This document shows, one piece after another, positions 43,001-52,336 of a stretch of DNA of 64,000 bases. A program made the position numbers and the translations under genes. Within the stretch, counting starts at the first letter, position 1, and every line of letters begins with the position of its first letter. The notes beneath the pieces are model-generated. The model saw only the letters and a list, made by a program, of their open reading frames with translations, made no database searches and was not told the DNA's origin. The DNA comes from an uncultured Francisellaceae bacterium (GTDB lineage Bacteria; Pseudomonadota; Gammaproteobacteria; Francisellales; CACEW01): contig CAJQSL010000019.1 of NCBI GenBank assembly GCA_905612315.1, positions 1,198 through 65,197 on the forward strand, given 5' to 3'.

Positions 43001-44307
43001 TTATACGGGGTAAGCTTTAAGATACTTGGATACTGATAATGCAAATTTAAATTACTAACCTCTCCTTTAGCATGGAAATGCTTAATCGATTTAAGAATCT
43101 TATCCAAGGCAGAACCTTTAAAGAAACCAGCTTTACCGGACAATAAATTATCCACCAGATTCGAAACAGGCTTAACAACAGACAACGTATTCATAGAAAA
43201 CTTGGGAACAAAAACATCAATAGAGTCTACCCCATCTACCTGTTTGCGTTGGGCATATAAATGCCCTAGAACATGCTCATTTTTTTTCGCTAAGAAAACA
43301 TCAACTGGAGATAAGATTAAGTTCCAATTATATTTAGACTTTTTAATCCAGAACATATTAAAACTCAAGTGCCCAAGCTCACTGGCAACTTTTCTATGAA
43401 GTGGGATCAAATCCGCCTTTAATATAAACTTACTTAATTGCGCCTGCTTAAAATCAAGCCAAAACTGGGCAGATCCAGCAATACCAAGTTGTAATAAAGA
43501 TGGGTTCAATGCCAGATATAATTTCATATTAGGCTTGGACTTATATGCATTTTTAACCAAAAGATTAGCTTGCATTAACTCTCCAACTTTAGGGTTAGGA
43601 GCATCTAAAGAAAATTTAAGATAAAATTTACCATTAACTCGGTGCGCACTAAGATTTATATCACCTAATGCATAATGCTTTAATTTTCTATCTAAAACAA
43701 TGTGCACACCAGAGATATCAATCTGTCCCTGCAGCAACAACTTAGAGACAAAATCTTTTAAAAAAAGCTTACTATATCTATTAATTTTATTTACAAATAT
43801 TTCATTCTCATTGGTTAATGCTTTTGTTTTTATCTGTAAAAATGGCAGCACTTTATGCATCCAATCATCAGACCCAACAAACATCATCTTATTAACTTCG
43901 CTAGGAGATGTTAATCTAATATTTAAATCCCCATTAGTGATTCTCAAGCTACTAAACAATAAGCGCCTTGCCAATAATGTTTTTAGTATAGATATGTCAG
44001 CATAAACAGACTCCATCCTCAACCTATAGTTAACATGACTAAACTCTATATTTTTAAAAACAGCCTTTTGATTTATAGATATAGAACCATTTTTATCTGG
44101 AATTGAAAGCTTAATTTTTAAATTCATAGTAAACGGATTAAACGATTGCAATGCCCACATCGAACTAGGCCCCAGCCGCTTTTTAAGCTCATTAGTAACA
44201 TATGTTTTTCCATAAAACTCAAAAGTTACCCACGCAAGCAAAAACAGCAACACTAATACGCCGATAATCCAGAAGATAATTGAAAATACTCGTCTCTTTA
44301 CTGACAC
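40087..44307 (-). CDS. yhdP: YhdP, AsmA-like phospholipid bridge protein
   Basis: 1406 aa, N-terminal TM, C-terminal GRLLGLMS...RRLSLNFSD...GPWSNP; rng-yhdP-nit-tldD synteny. Confidence 0.9.
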   Translation of the reverse strand: MSVKRRVFSIIFWIIGVLVLLFLLAWVTFEFYGKTYVTNELKKRLGPSSMWALQSFNPFTMNLKIKLSIPDKNGSISINQKAVFKNIEFSHVNYRLRMESVYADISILKTLLARRLLFSSLRITNGDLNIRLTSPSEVNKMMFVGSDDWMHKVLPFLQIKTKALTNENEIFVNKINRYSKLFLKDFVSKLLLQGQIDISGVHIVLDRKLKHYALGDINLSAHRVNGKFYLKFSLDAPNPKVGELMQANLLVKNAYKSKPNMKLYLALNPSLLQLGIAGSAQFWLDFKQAQLSKFILKADLIPLHRKVASELGHLSFNMFWIKKSKYNWNLILSPVDVFLAKKNEHVLGHLYAQRKQVDGVDSIDVFVPKFSMNTLSVVKPVSNLVDNLLSGKAGFFKGSALDKILKSIKHFHAKGEVSNLNLHYQYPSILKLTPYNYNMALSLDNLSFGAFNFVPGVGSLNGKLKLDKKGGAVVFDANSIKLPEQKLFPLGWPNANASGRVFWRNTRSSLVFKTPEINFYNSLPSTLNSAKKELFTKLSGNVHVPKSLDGNYDVHNTRVSLIANAKGQNVASIVPYLLPHNISTGALNWLTQGIVEVPKVTARMIWLGKIGDYPYLDNAGSFDVRVMLANSKLKPWSTWPLVTNLYGYLDFYHDQFKAVVNSAKTMSVHTKDLMVMIPHMHGHQMHWIDGIGSLQGEGSDVINFINNTPLKKNFSGIFDTLSINGLVKVDLNLSAPLSKKHINLMRYFGKVGFKDNTVSLFKFNLPFKNVTGEIDYNNNLLKTPNIIIGNLFGLPVHVQIGPKYNKEDNKIQNYLHLQALLDVDKWAANFSLLKFDKNDVHGLLPVIFNATFDKGFFDAHLMSDLKGLELKLPAPFYQSVLTDRNLSANYINKAGEVKFDFSIDNFLDAGFNWQEYNIKKSLAGFINFGVNLDNKLGNKLGNKTEDKITKGLIKATGSLPYFSETKWADWLTKRYKTEGTSSTKDQQWQYFHTSDFHALEGPDVLINVLINHLNFTSQNWKEVSVNAFLNQNFVLLRLYDKYDTLNGNIYISRITDIIGFKAIDARFDNLRVTIPSSMLSKFNQSNLPSSKEDPKNTNQKTNQKTSKTINKTINKQAAKQAAKVVKKQDSEGKTDDETVFDRSPNLNVTVEHFKLQDNDLGLLKFRLRRLGSSLFIPSLKINNKLFSISGAASSQWLNNKQVSHITGELTSNDWGELLHQLYLPKGLSKGKGSTNFNLAWNGFLTEPKVSTLDGKASFSVKDGVLDKVNMGLGRLLGLMSLDTIVRRLSLNFSDLTGKGVAFDSFSGDFNLKQGIASTNNVKMSGPALSFDMKGEVDLVNKTLNQTITVMPKVGGGLALAAGLLGGPIIGLTTLLGEQILSHTVLKGKGAKYHYIGPWSNPKLEEV

Positions 44308-44380
44308 AAAAAGGTTCCATTAACATAGTGTAAAAATTAACAAAAATAAGCATATGAAGTATAAGTTGAGGTAGTAAAAA

Positions 44381-45877
44381 CTACAACAAAATAATATCAT
44401 ATTGTTCTTGTAAATAACCGGACTCAGCTTGAATTTTAATAGGCCTACCTACCGAAGCCTCCAATTCTGCCACACCTTCAGACTCTTCATCTAATAAATA
44501 GTTAACTATACTAGAAGAAGCTAACACCAAAAAACCATTAGCTTGATCGTAAATAACAAACTCCCTTAAAATCTCCCGATAAATCTCATAGCAAATAGTT
44601 TCTGTTGTTTTTATAACCCCCTTACCATGGCAAGTAGGGCAACTCATACATAATTGTTGCGACAAACTTTCGCTCGTGCGTTTGCGAGTTAACTGAACTA
44701 AGCCAATAGGTGAAAATTCACCTATTCCTATCTTTGCGTGATCGCGCCCAAGGGCTTTTTTCAAAGATCCCATAACTTGATCACGATGCTCTTGCACTGA
44801 CATGTCTATAAAATCAATAATAATAATTCCGCCTAAATTACGCAATCTAAGCTGTCTAGATAAAACTTGTACAGCCTCCAAATTAGTTTTATAAATTGTC
44901 TCTTCTAAATTCCTAGAGCCAACAAATGCTCCGGTATTAATATCTATAGTTGTCATTGCCTCAGTTTGATCAAATACCAATCGACCACCTGATTTTAAAT
45001 AAACCTCGCGATTTAACGCTTTTTCTAACTCCTGCTCTACACCATACATATCAAGAATAGGAGAATCAGCATGATAATGAACAATTTTCTCCTTAACGCC
45101 AGGCACAAACTCATCAGCAAAAGCAATCAAACTTTCATGAGTTTTATCACAATCAACTCTAATTTTCTCAACATTATCTTTAACCATATCACGCAACGCT
45201 CGCTGCACTAATGGCAAATCTCGATATACCACCGCCGGCGCACTAATAGCTTCAGCATTATCATGAACTGAATGCCATAATTTCTCCAAAAAATCTCGAT
45301 CCTGCTCTAAAGCCTCTTTACTAACACCTTCAGCTACTGTTCTAATAATATATCCGCGCGCCTTATCTTCACCCAAGATTTCGGATAATAATAAATGCAA
45401 TCTATCACGCTCTTCTTGACTTTCTAATCTAACAGAAACACCAATATGAGTTAACTCAGGCAAATACACCAAATACCTAGAGGTGACAGACAAATGAGCA
45501 GTTAATCTAGCGCCCTTAGTTCCTAGAGGATCTTTCTTAACTTGCACCAACAACTCCTGGCCTTCCTTTAGCCACTTTCTAATATCAGTTTCTGGAGAGT
45601 TAAAATCAATTTCAGCTGGTAAATTTTCTGCTATGGGCATTAGATCAGAAACATGCAAAAAACCGGCTCGCTCAAGACCTATATCAATAAAAGCGGCTTG
45701 CATACCTGGCATAACCCTTACGACCTTTCCTTTATATACATTGCCGACTATACCAAGATGATTGGGACGCTCAATATGAACTTCCTGCAACATCCCATTC
45801 TCAATTACCGCCACCCGCACTTCTTGCGGACAAACATTCATCAAAATTTCAACTTTAACTTTATTAACCGAAGACAT
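44381..45877 (-). CDS. rng: Ribonuclease G
   Basis: GNVYKG, PGMQAAF, IDINTG, LRLRNLGGIIIIDFIDM, CPTC; no RNase E tail. Confidence 0.97.
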   Translation of the reverse strand: MSSVNKVKVEILMNVCPQEVRVAVIENGMLQEVHIERPNHLGIVGNVYKGKVVRVMPGMQAAFIDIGLERAGFLHVSDLMPIAENLPAEIDFNSPETDIRKWLKEGQELLVQVKKDPLGTKGARLTAHLSVTSRYLVYLPELTHIGVSVRLESQEERDRLHLLLSEILGEDKARGYIIRTVAEGVSKEALEQDRDFLEKLWHSVHDNAEAISAPAVVYRDLPLVQRALRDMVKDNVEKIRVDCDKTHESLIAFADEFVPGVKEKIVHYHADSPILDMYGVEQELEKALNREVYLKSGGRLVFDQTEAMTTIDINTGAFVGSRNLEETIYKTNLEAVQVLSRQLRLRNLGGIIIIDFIDMSVQEHRDQVMGSLKKALGRDHAKIGIGEFSPIGLVQLTRKRTSESLSQQLCMSCPTCHGKGVIKTTETICYEIYREILREFVIYDQANGFLVLASSSIVNYLLDEESEGVAELEASVGRPIKIQAESGYLQEQYDIILL

Positions 45878-45992
45878 AACAGTTTCTTCCTCAAGGGATT
45901 TTAAATGCTAACAATCATGCTTATTGTAGTTTTAGATGGCACCTAAAAGCAACCGAGATATAACTTAGGGATTTTAGGAATACTTAGTGTTA

Positions 45993-46334
45993 TTAAGATG
46001 TTTCAGGTAATTGCACAGAGCGCAGCTTTAGAGAACGACTTATCAAAAGAAAGATCAAGCTAACAAAAATTAACCCAACAACCAACCCTAAAAATCGAGA
46101 CAAAACATCAAACTCACCAACTATAACTCGTGAGCTTCCTGCAAGCTTCACCCCAAAATATTTAACCAAAGTAGTACTTTCATGCAAATTACGCAAGCTT
46201 GCAAAAAAGCCTATTAAGCCAACAAAAAAAGAACTGTAAAAAGCTGTTATTCTGTTTTTCCATAATGTCAAAAAAATCAAAAACAAAGCCAAGGAAAACA
46301 TAAAAAAACAGGAAAACTGAAACAAATAAATCAT
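45993..46334 (-). CDS. Small hypothetical membrane protein (about 3 TM)
   Basis: 113-aa hydrophobic ORF co-oriented between bfr and rng. Confidence 0.6.
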   Translation of the reverse strand: MIYLFQFSCFFMFSLALFLIFLTLWKNRITAFYSSFFVGLIGFFASLRNLHESTTLVKYFGVKLAGSSRVIVGEFDVLSRFLGLVVGLIFVSLIFLLISRSLKLRSVQLPETS

Positions 46335-46388
46335 ACAAAAACTTTATAACATATATTTATATTAATAACTTAAGTAATATTATAACAT

Positions 46389-46850
46389 TTATAACTGAGA
46401 TTGCAAATAAATCTCTAAACCCAGCTTATCTATTAGCCCGATCTGCGCTTCTATCCATTCTACATGAGGATCTTCTTGATCTAATATTTGCTGAAAAATT
46501 GACTGACTTGCAAAATCTTTATGTTTATCACAATCGACAATAGCAGATTTTAGATCATTTATAGCTTTTAGCTCTAATTTTAAGTCTTTTTCGAGCATTT
46601 TAGGAACTGTAGAGCCAATATTCAGCTTACTTAACTCCATATTAGGGCGCCCTTCTAAAAACAAAATTCTCTCAATTAAAACATCTGCATGCTTCATCTC
46701 TTCGATAGACTCTTGATAATACTTATCTGCAAGCTTTAAAAAACCCCAATTTTTAAGCATTTTAGAGTGCAAATAATACTGATTTAGCGCAACGATCTCA
46801 TTTTCTAATGCAATAGATAAGCGTTTTAATACAGTTGCATTGCCTTTCAT
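46389..46850 (-). CDS. bfr: Bacterioferritin
   Basis: MKGN, NQYYLH, SIEEMKHAD with heme Met, ERILFLEG. Confidence 0.97.
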   Translation of the reverse strand: MKGNATVLKRLSIALENEIVALNQYYLHSKMLKNWGFLKLADKYYQESIEEMKHADVLIERILFLEGRPNMELSKLNIGSTVPKMLEKDLKLELKAINDLKSAIVDCDKHKDFASQSIFQQILDQEDPHVEWIEAQIGLIDKLGLEIYLQSQL

Positions 46851-46919
46851 TAGATATCTCCTAATTATTTTTTATAATTTTATTATAGATAACTTTTGAA
46901 ATAACATATTGTTTTTTGC

Positions 46920-48017
46920 TTATGCAAACCTAAAGTGCATTACATCTCCATCTTGCACGATATAAGTCTTACCCTCTAGCCGCCATTTCCCTGCATCTTT
47001 AGCGCCACTTTCGCCATTGCAAGCAACGTAATCATCATAAGCTACAACTTCAGCTCGAATAAATCCTTTTTCAAAATCTGTATGAATCCTTCCAGCCGCT
47101 TGCGGCGCACTAGCCCCAACAGGAATAGTCCAAGCACGAACCTCTTTTTCTCCGGCTGTAAAATAGGTTTGTAAATTTAATGAAGAATACCCCATCTTAA
47201 TTACTTTATCTAAGCCTCGCTCAGATAAACCCAGCTCATCTAAAAACATTTCTGCTTCATTATCTGCTAATTGAGCTATTTCAGATTCAATCTGGGCACA
47301 AATAACTACTACTTCATACCCATTGTTAGCTGCATAATTTTGCAAAGCTTTAAGATGCTCATTAGGGTTATCTGAATCGGCTAACTGAGCCTCATCAACA
47401 TTTGCCACAAAAAACATCTTCTTGGCTGTTAATAAATGTAACTGCTTAAAGGTTGCGGCCTGCTCATTAGTAACCTCAAAGCTTATTGCCATTTTATCAG
47501 ATTCAATATGCTTAAGAGCTCCTTCAATAACATCTAACCTGGCCTGCTCTTCTTTATTGTGTCTTGCAAGCTTTCTAGATTTATCAACAGATCTACTTAA
47601 ACTATCTAAATCAGCCAACATAAGCTCTGTATGAATTGTATCTATATCATCAACCGGATTAATTTTATTATTAACATGAGTTATATCTGGATCATCAAAA
47701 CACCTAACCACATGACAAATCGCATCAACCTCACGAATATGTGATAAAAACTTATTTCCTAAACCTTCACCTTTAGATGCTCCAGCTACTAAACCTGCAA
47801 TATCAACAAATTCCATGACAGCAGGAATAGACTTTTGCGGCTTGGCAATTTCAATTAACTTATCAAGACGTGCATCAGGCACTGAAACTATACCAACATT
47901 AGGCTCTATCGTGCAAAATGGATAATTCTCCGCACCAATTCCAGCTTTAGTTAAAGTATTAAACAAAGTTGATTTACCAACATTTGGCAACCCTACAATT
48001 CCGCACTTGAAACCCAT
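46920..48017 (-). CDS. ychF: Redox-regulated ATPase YchF
   Basis: GIVGLPNVGKSTLFN, NYPFCTIEPN, IHTDFEKGFIRAE. Confidence 0.99.
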   Translation of the reverse strand: MGFKCGIVGLPNVGKSTLFNTLTKAGIGAENYPFCTIEPNVGIVSVPDARLDKLIEIAKPQKSIPAVMEFVDIAGLVAGASKGEGLGNKFLSHIREVDAICHVVRCFDDPDITHVNNKINPVDDIDTIHTELMLADLDSLSRSVDKSRKLARHNKEEQARLDVIEGALKHIESDKMAISFEVTNEQAATFKQLHLLTAKKMFFVANVDEAQLADSDNPNEHLKALQNYAANNGYEVVVICAQIESEIAQLADNEAEMFLDELGLSERGLDKVIKMGYSSLNLQTYFTAGEKEVRAWTIPVGASAPQAAGRIHTDFEKGFIRAEVVAYDDYVACNGESGAKDAGKWRLEGKTYIVQDGDVMHFRFA

Positions 48018-48036
48018 TTTATTACTCTATAATAAT

Positions 48037-48621
48037 TTATTTAACGCTATTTAATCTTTTAGTAGCATCGCTAATATTACCAGCTAATAAATCAGCTACT
48101 TCATCAATGCCTCTATCTATACTATCTAAAATTATATTTTTATCAGCTACACTTGGCTTCTTTAGAACATAATTAGTAACTAAATGTGATTGACCTGGGT
48201 GTGATATCCCAATTCTCAATCTATAAAAATCTTCCGTTTTTAAATTAGCTTTTATATCTTTTAAGCCATTATGACCACCTAAGCCACCACTAAATTTCAA
48301 CCTTATCTGGCCCACGGGTAAATCTAACTCATCATGAATTATGCATATTTGCTCAGGCTTAAGGTTAAAGAACTTGGCAAAACTAGCTAAGCATATGCCA
48401 GATAAGTTCATGTACTTCATTGGCTTAAATAAAAAGATTTTCTCATTTTGTTCTGAATCTATATAACTTGCATATAATCCATTAGATTTTTGATGCAAAG
48501 ACCAATCAAGTTGAAATTTTGATGCTAGCGCATCTACGAACCAAAACCCTGCGTTATGACGAGTATTTTCATACTCATCTCCAGGATTTCCAAGGCCAAT
48601 AAATGCGCGTATCTTATGCAT
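48037..48621 (-). CDS. pth: Peptidyl-tRNA hydrolase
   Basis: GLGNPG, TRHNAG, HDELD, GGHNGLK. Confidence 0.98.
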   Translation of the reverse strand: MHKIRAFIGLGNPGDEYENTRHNAGFWFVDALASKFQLDWSLHQKSNGLYASYIDSEQNEKIFLFKPMKYMNLSGICLASFAKFFNLKPEQICIIHDELDLPVGQIRLKFSGGLGGHNGLKDIKANLKTEDFYRLRIGISHPGQSHLVTNYVLKKPSVADKNIILDSIDRGIDEVADLLAGNISDATKRLNSVK

Positions 48622-48632
48622 AGTTAAATAGC

Positions 48633-49325
48633 TTATCCTTCAGACTTCTCGCCTTCAGCAGGTTTTTCACCTTCAGCAGCACCCTCTTCGCCTTCAGCAC
48701 CTTCAGCACCTTCTTCGCCTTCTTCGCCTTCAACTTCAGGCTCTTCTTCAACAATCTCTTTAGGCACTTTAAGTTGACAAATCATTTGATCTTCAGCTTC
48801 TTCTGCTTGAAGAGCCACTAAAATAACATCTTTAGGCATCACCAAATCACTCAAGCGCAAAACACCATCAACTTCAACCTCAGTTACATCTAACTCTATA
48901 ATTTGCGGTATATCTTTTGGTAAAGCATGTACATCAAGCTGAGTAATCAGTTGTGACATAACCCCACCTTCTTTCAGACCAGCAGCCTCTCCAGCTAACT
49001 GCACAGGAACAGCAACAGTAATTGGCTCAGACATTATAACTCGTTTGAAATCGGCGTGTAATAGTTTGTTCTTAAACGCGTGGCGCTGTAAGTCTTTTAA
49101 CATTACATTTTCTTTTTTGCCATCTACTTCTAAAGATAAGATAGAAGCATACACTCTATCATCATCAAGCATGTTTAATAACTCATTATGAACGACCGTA
49201 ATTGATGCAGGCCCAGATTTGCCACCATAAACAATGGCAGGAATAATGCCTTGCTCACGGCGTAGGCGGCGGCTCGCACCTTTCCCTACATCTTCTCTTT
49301 TGCTAGCTTTTAATTTGAATTCCAT
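48633..49325 (-). CDS. rplY: 50S ribosomal protein L25, long Ctc form with acidic tail
   Basis: GKGASRRLRR, IPAIVYG, LQRH, HADF. Confidence 0.97.
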   Translation of the reverse strand: MEFKLKASKREDVGKGASRRLRREQGIIPAIVYGGKSGPASITVVHNELLNMLDDDRVYASILSLEVDGKKENVMLKDLQRHAFKNKLLHADFKRVIMSEPITVAVPVQLAGEAAGLKEGGVMSQLITQLDVHALPKDIPQIIELDVTEVEVDGVLRLSDLVMPKDVILVALQAEEAEDQMICQLKVPKEIVEEEPEVEGEEGEEGAEGAEGEEGAAEGEKPAEGEKSEG

Positions 49326-49469
49326 TGATTCTTCCTATTTATTTAATTAATTAATTAAAATTTCCTGCTATATAGCTTTAAAATAAGCGCGACCAAATAT
49401 TTTTAGGCTAAAAGCGCGAAGATTATAACAAAGTATTTCCTAAGATGCTAATGCAATCTGGCTAAATTA

Positions 49470-49586
49470 TATATACAAAACGTTTCCATTTATCGATTTT
49501 AAAAAATCGATACGTGCTTCGCACGAGATTGCTTCGACATGGTCTCGCAACGACGGCGGTAGGTATTTTGATTTGTTTCGTCTATA
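49470..49586 (-). mobile_element. 117-bp TATA-ended MITE-like element, second copy; overlaps the prs stop codon
   Basis: Reverse complement aligns end to end with 16684-16800. Confidence 0.75.
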
Positions 49587-50550
49587 TATACAACAAATCG
49601 GCAAACATTAAACTAATAGACTCTTCATTATTAATTCTTCGAATAGCTTCGGATAACATACTAGCTAAGCTTAACTGCTTAATTTTACCTATTTTCTTAG
49701 CCTCATCTGATAATGGAATAGAATCTAGAACAACTAATTGCTCCAACACAGATTCAGAAATATTTTGCAATGCATTACCAGATAAAACAGGATGCACGCA
49801 AAATGCTGATACTTTAGAAGCTCCTTTATCTTTCAAAGCTTTAGCTGCTTTACATAAAGTCCCTCCTGTATCTACCATATCATCTGCAATAATTGCATGC
49901 CTGCCTGCAACATCACCAATAATGTTCATAACTTCTGAAACATTAGCTTTCGGGCGCCTTTTATCAATAATTGCAAGATCACAAGCTAGCCGCTTTGCCA
50001 TAGCTCGAGCACGAACCACACCGCCGATATCAGGAGACACTACTACGATCTCATCTTTAATGTTTTTATTTATATAATCTAATAAAATTGGAGTTCCATA
50101 AATATTATCAACAGGAATCTGAAAGAAACCTTGAATCTGCTCGGCATGAATATCAACTGTTAATACTCTATCTACACCCACAGTAGCTAATTGATCAGCG
50201 ATAACTCTAGCTGAAATAGATACCCTCGATGACCTAACGCGTCTATCTTGTCTGGCATAACCAAAATAAGGAATAACAGCCGTAACACGAGCCGCAGAAG
50301 CTCTTCTTAGCGCATCAACCATTAATACTAATTCCATTAAATTATCATTAGTCGGCGGGCACGTAGATTGAATAATAAAGACATCTTTACCACGAACATT
50401 CTCTTCTATAGAAACTTGAGTTTCCCCATCACTAAACTTCCCTATTTTAGATTTAGCTAATGGTAAACCAAGTAAACCTGCAACTTTAGATGATAACTGC
50501 GGAATTGCATTTCCAGAAAATATCATTAAATCAGACATTAAATCAGACAT
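49582..50550 (-). CDS. prs: Ribose-phosphate pyrophosphokinase
   Basis: [34 protein letters not shown]. Confidence 0.99.
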   Translation of the reverse strand: MSDLMSDLMIFSGNAIPQLSSKVAGLLGLPLAKSKIGKFSDGETQVSIEENVRGKDVFIIQSTCPPTNDNLMELVLMVDALRRASAARVTAVIPYFGYARQDRRVRSSRVSISARVIADQLATVGVDRVLTVDIHAEQIQGFFQIPVDNIYGTPILLDYINKNIKDEIVVVSPDIGGVVRARAMAKRLACDLAIIDKRRPKANVSEVMNIIGDVAGRHAIIADDMVDTGGTLCKAAKALKDKGASKVSAFCVHPVLSGNALQNISESVLEQLVVLDSIPLSDEAKKIGKIKQLSLASMLSEAIRRINNEESISLMFADLLYI

Positions 50551-50637
50551 TTAAGTGCTCCCTATATGCATAAAAAAATAAGAAAAAATATTATATGCGA
50601 ATAATAATGGGAATATTAGCTAAAAACAAGAAATAAA

Positions 50638-50712
50638 TGGCTGGGTCGCCAGGATTCGAACCTGGGAATGCGGAGATCAAAACCCCGTGCCTTACCACTT
50701 GGCGACGACCCA
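50638..50712 (-). tRNA. tRNA-Gln(TTG)
   Basis: TGGGTCGTCGCCAAGTGGTAAGGCA CGGGG-TT-TTG-AT-CTCCG ... GGTTCGAATCC, CCA. Confidence 0.97.
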
Positions 50713-50727
50713 ATAAAGATAGATGTG

Positions 50728-50756
50728 ATTCTAAGATAATCGTTATTAGCTGTCAA
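50728..50756 (-). promoter_or_regulatory. Sigma70 promoter for tRNA-Gln/prs
   Basis: TTGACA-17 nt-TAGAAT. Confidence 0.8.
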
Positions 50757-50839
50757 TCCTTTATCCAAGCAAACCTTAATTTATTTTATGGCAACATTAA
50801 CTTATAATACTAAAAATTCACTAAAGCTTTAAAATAATT

Positions 50840-51862
50840 ATGCTTAAAAGAAATTACCCAAATACCAGATTACGCCGCACAAGATCACATAATTGGTCTC
50901 GAGAATTATGCGCTGAAACTAATCTCACCCCCAAAGATTTAATCTATCCATTATTTATCGCAGATAATAAAGATAATAAAAATAATAAAAAAGAACCAAT
51001 TAAATCTATGCCAGGAGTATTTAGGCATAATATAGATTCTATCTTATCTGAAGTTAAATATGCCCATAAACTTGGAATTCCGGCTATTGCTTTATTCCCT
51101 CAAACTCCAAATAATCTAAAAACTAAAGATGCCAAAGAAGCCTTAAATCCTGATAATTTAATTTGTAACACCGTGCGTGAGATTAAAAAATTAAATTTAG
51201 ATATTGGTATTATTTGTGATGTCGCATTAGATCCATATATCTCCCACGGGCATGATGGCTTAATTATTAATGGCGAAATAAACAATGATAAGACTATTGA
51301 GATTTTATCTGAACAAGCCTTAATACAAGCACAAGCCGGATGCGATATCATCGCCCCATCTGATATGCAAGATGGACGAGTTGGTGCAATTAGAGAAACT
51401 CTAGAAAAAAATAACTTTCATAATACTCTTATTTTATCTTACGCCGCCAAATACGCATCAAACTTTTATGGGCCTTTTAGAGATGCAGTTGGCTCCAAAG
51501 ACAATTTAAATAGTAATATTGATTCGAACATTCCAAAAGATAAAAAAACTTATCAGCAAGATTATGCAAATTCTGATGAAGCTTTACATGAAGTAGCTTT
51601 AGATCTTCAAGAAGGTGCTGATATGATCATGGTTAAACCTGGCATGCCATATTTAGATATTATTCACAGAGTAAAAACAGAATTTAAAGTCCCAACTTTT
51701 GCGTATCAGGTATCTGGTGAATATGCCATGTTAAAATTTGTCGCAGAAAATACGGACATGGATTTTATAAACATCATGCTCGAGAGCTTAACTTCTTTTA
51801 AGCGCGCAGGTTGTGATGGAATTTTAACTTATGCTGCTTGTGAGATTGCAAAGGTTTTATGA
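50840..51862 (+). CDS. hemB: Porphobilinogen synthase, Asp-rich (non-Cys-zinc) type
   Basis: RLRR, DVALDPYISHGHDG, SDMQDG, FYGPFRDA, MVKPG, AYQVSGEY. Confidence 0.98.
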   Translation: MLKRNYPNTRLRRTRSHNWSRELCAETNLTPKDLIYPLFIADNKDNKNNKKEPIKSMPGVFRHNIDSILSEVKYAHKLGIPAIALFPQTPNNLKTKDAKEALNPDNLICNTVREIKKLNLDIGIICDVALDPYISHGHDGLIINGEINNDKTIEILSEQALIQAQAGCDIIAPSDMQDGRVGAIRETLEKNNFHNTLILSYAAKYASNFYGPFRDAVGSKDNLNSNIDSNIPKDKKTYQQDYANSDEALHEVALDLQEGADMIMVKPGMPYLDIIHRVKTEFKVPTFAYQVSGEYAMLKFVAENTDMDFINIMLESLTSFKRAGCDGILTYAACEIAKVL

Positions 51863-51868
51863 AAAATC

Positions 51869-52120
51869 TTAAGCGGCAAGTTCAGACTGACCGAACAATA
51901 AGCCTTTCACGCTAATATCCTCATCAAGGTCAGGCCAATGAATACCTTCGCCATCTCCAAGAATTTGATAGTTCAACAGCTCACTTTTACTTGCTTGCGC
52001 AAGTCTTGGGAACCAAGCTAAAGGCACGCTTAAAGTTCTAGCATCTTTTAAATGAACGATAAAATCAGCATCAGAAAACTTTACGTCCTGTGCAAGTGGA
52101 TTAACTTGAAAAGTATTCAT
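51869..52120 (-). CDS. DUF2442 family protein (putative antitoxin)
   Basis: VPLAWFPRL, GIHWPDLDEDISVKGLL. Confidence 0.9.
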   Translation of the reverse strand: MNTFQVNPLAQDVKFSDADFIVHLKDARTLSVPLAWFPRLAQASKSELLNYQILGDGEGIHWPDLDEDISVKGLLFGQSELAA

Positions 52121-52232
52121 TCCATTTCTCCAAAAAAAGATCTTTATGTTTAATAACTAATTTATGTAACTTAGTTAAATCTACCGAACTAAACCTAGCA
52201 GAACTTGCTAGCTCAACAGGATCTAACCAAAA
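52101..52232 (-). pseudogene. 5'-truncated DUF4160 family gene (partner of DUF2442)
   Basis: Hand translation FWLDPVELASSARFSSVDLTKLHKLVIKHKDLFLEKWNEYFSS-stop, with in-frame TGA directly before and no start; resembles the C-terminal half of DUF4160 proteins and overlaps the DUF2442 start. Confidence 0.75.
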
Positions 52233-52237
52233 TCATA

Positions 52238-52327
52238 AAAATTGTAAATTGCGCGGCAAATATCACTGAAAATTGTAAATAGCGCGGCAAATTTCACTGA
52301 ATATTGTAAATAGCGCGGCAAATTTCA
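52238..52327. repeat. 31-bp tandem repeat, about 3 copies
   Basis: ATTGTAAATwGCGCGGCAAATwTCA begins at 52241, 52272 and 52303. Confidence 0.95.
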
Positions 52328-52336
52328 TAAAAAACT

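Noticed and set aside
49514-50077. 187-aa + strand ORF and similar antisense ORFs inside lon, clpX, tig, tsf, tldD and yhdP
   Set aside because: Antisense to well-supported housekeeping genes.
52238-52327. Possible CRISPR array (31-bp repeats)
   Set aside because: Units are head-to-tail with no unique spacers and there are no cas genes in the window.
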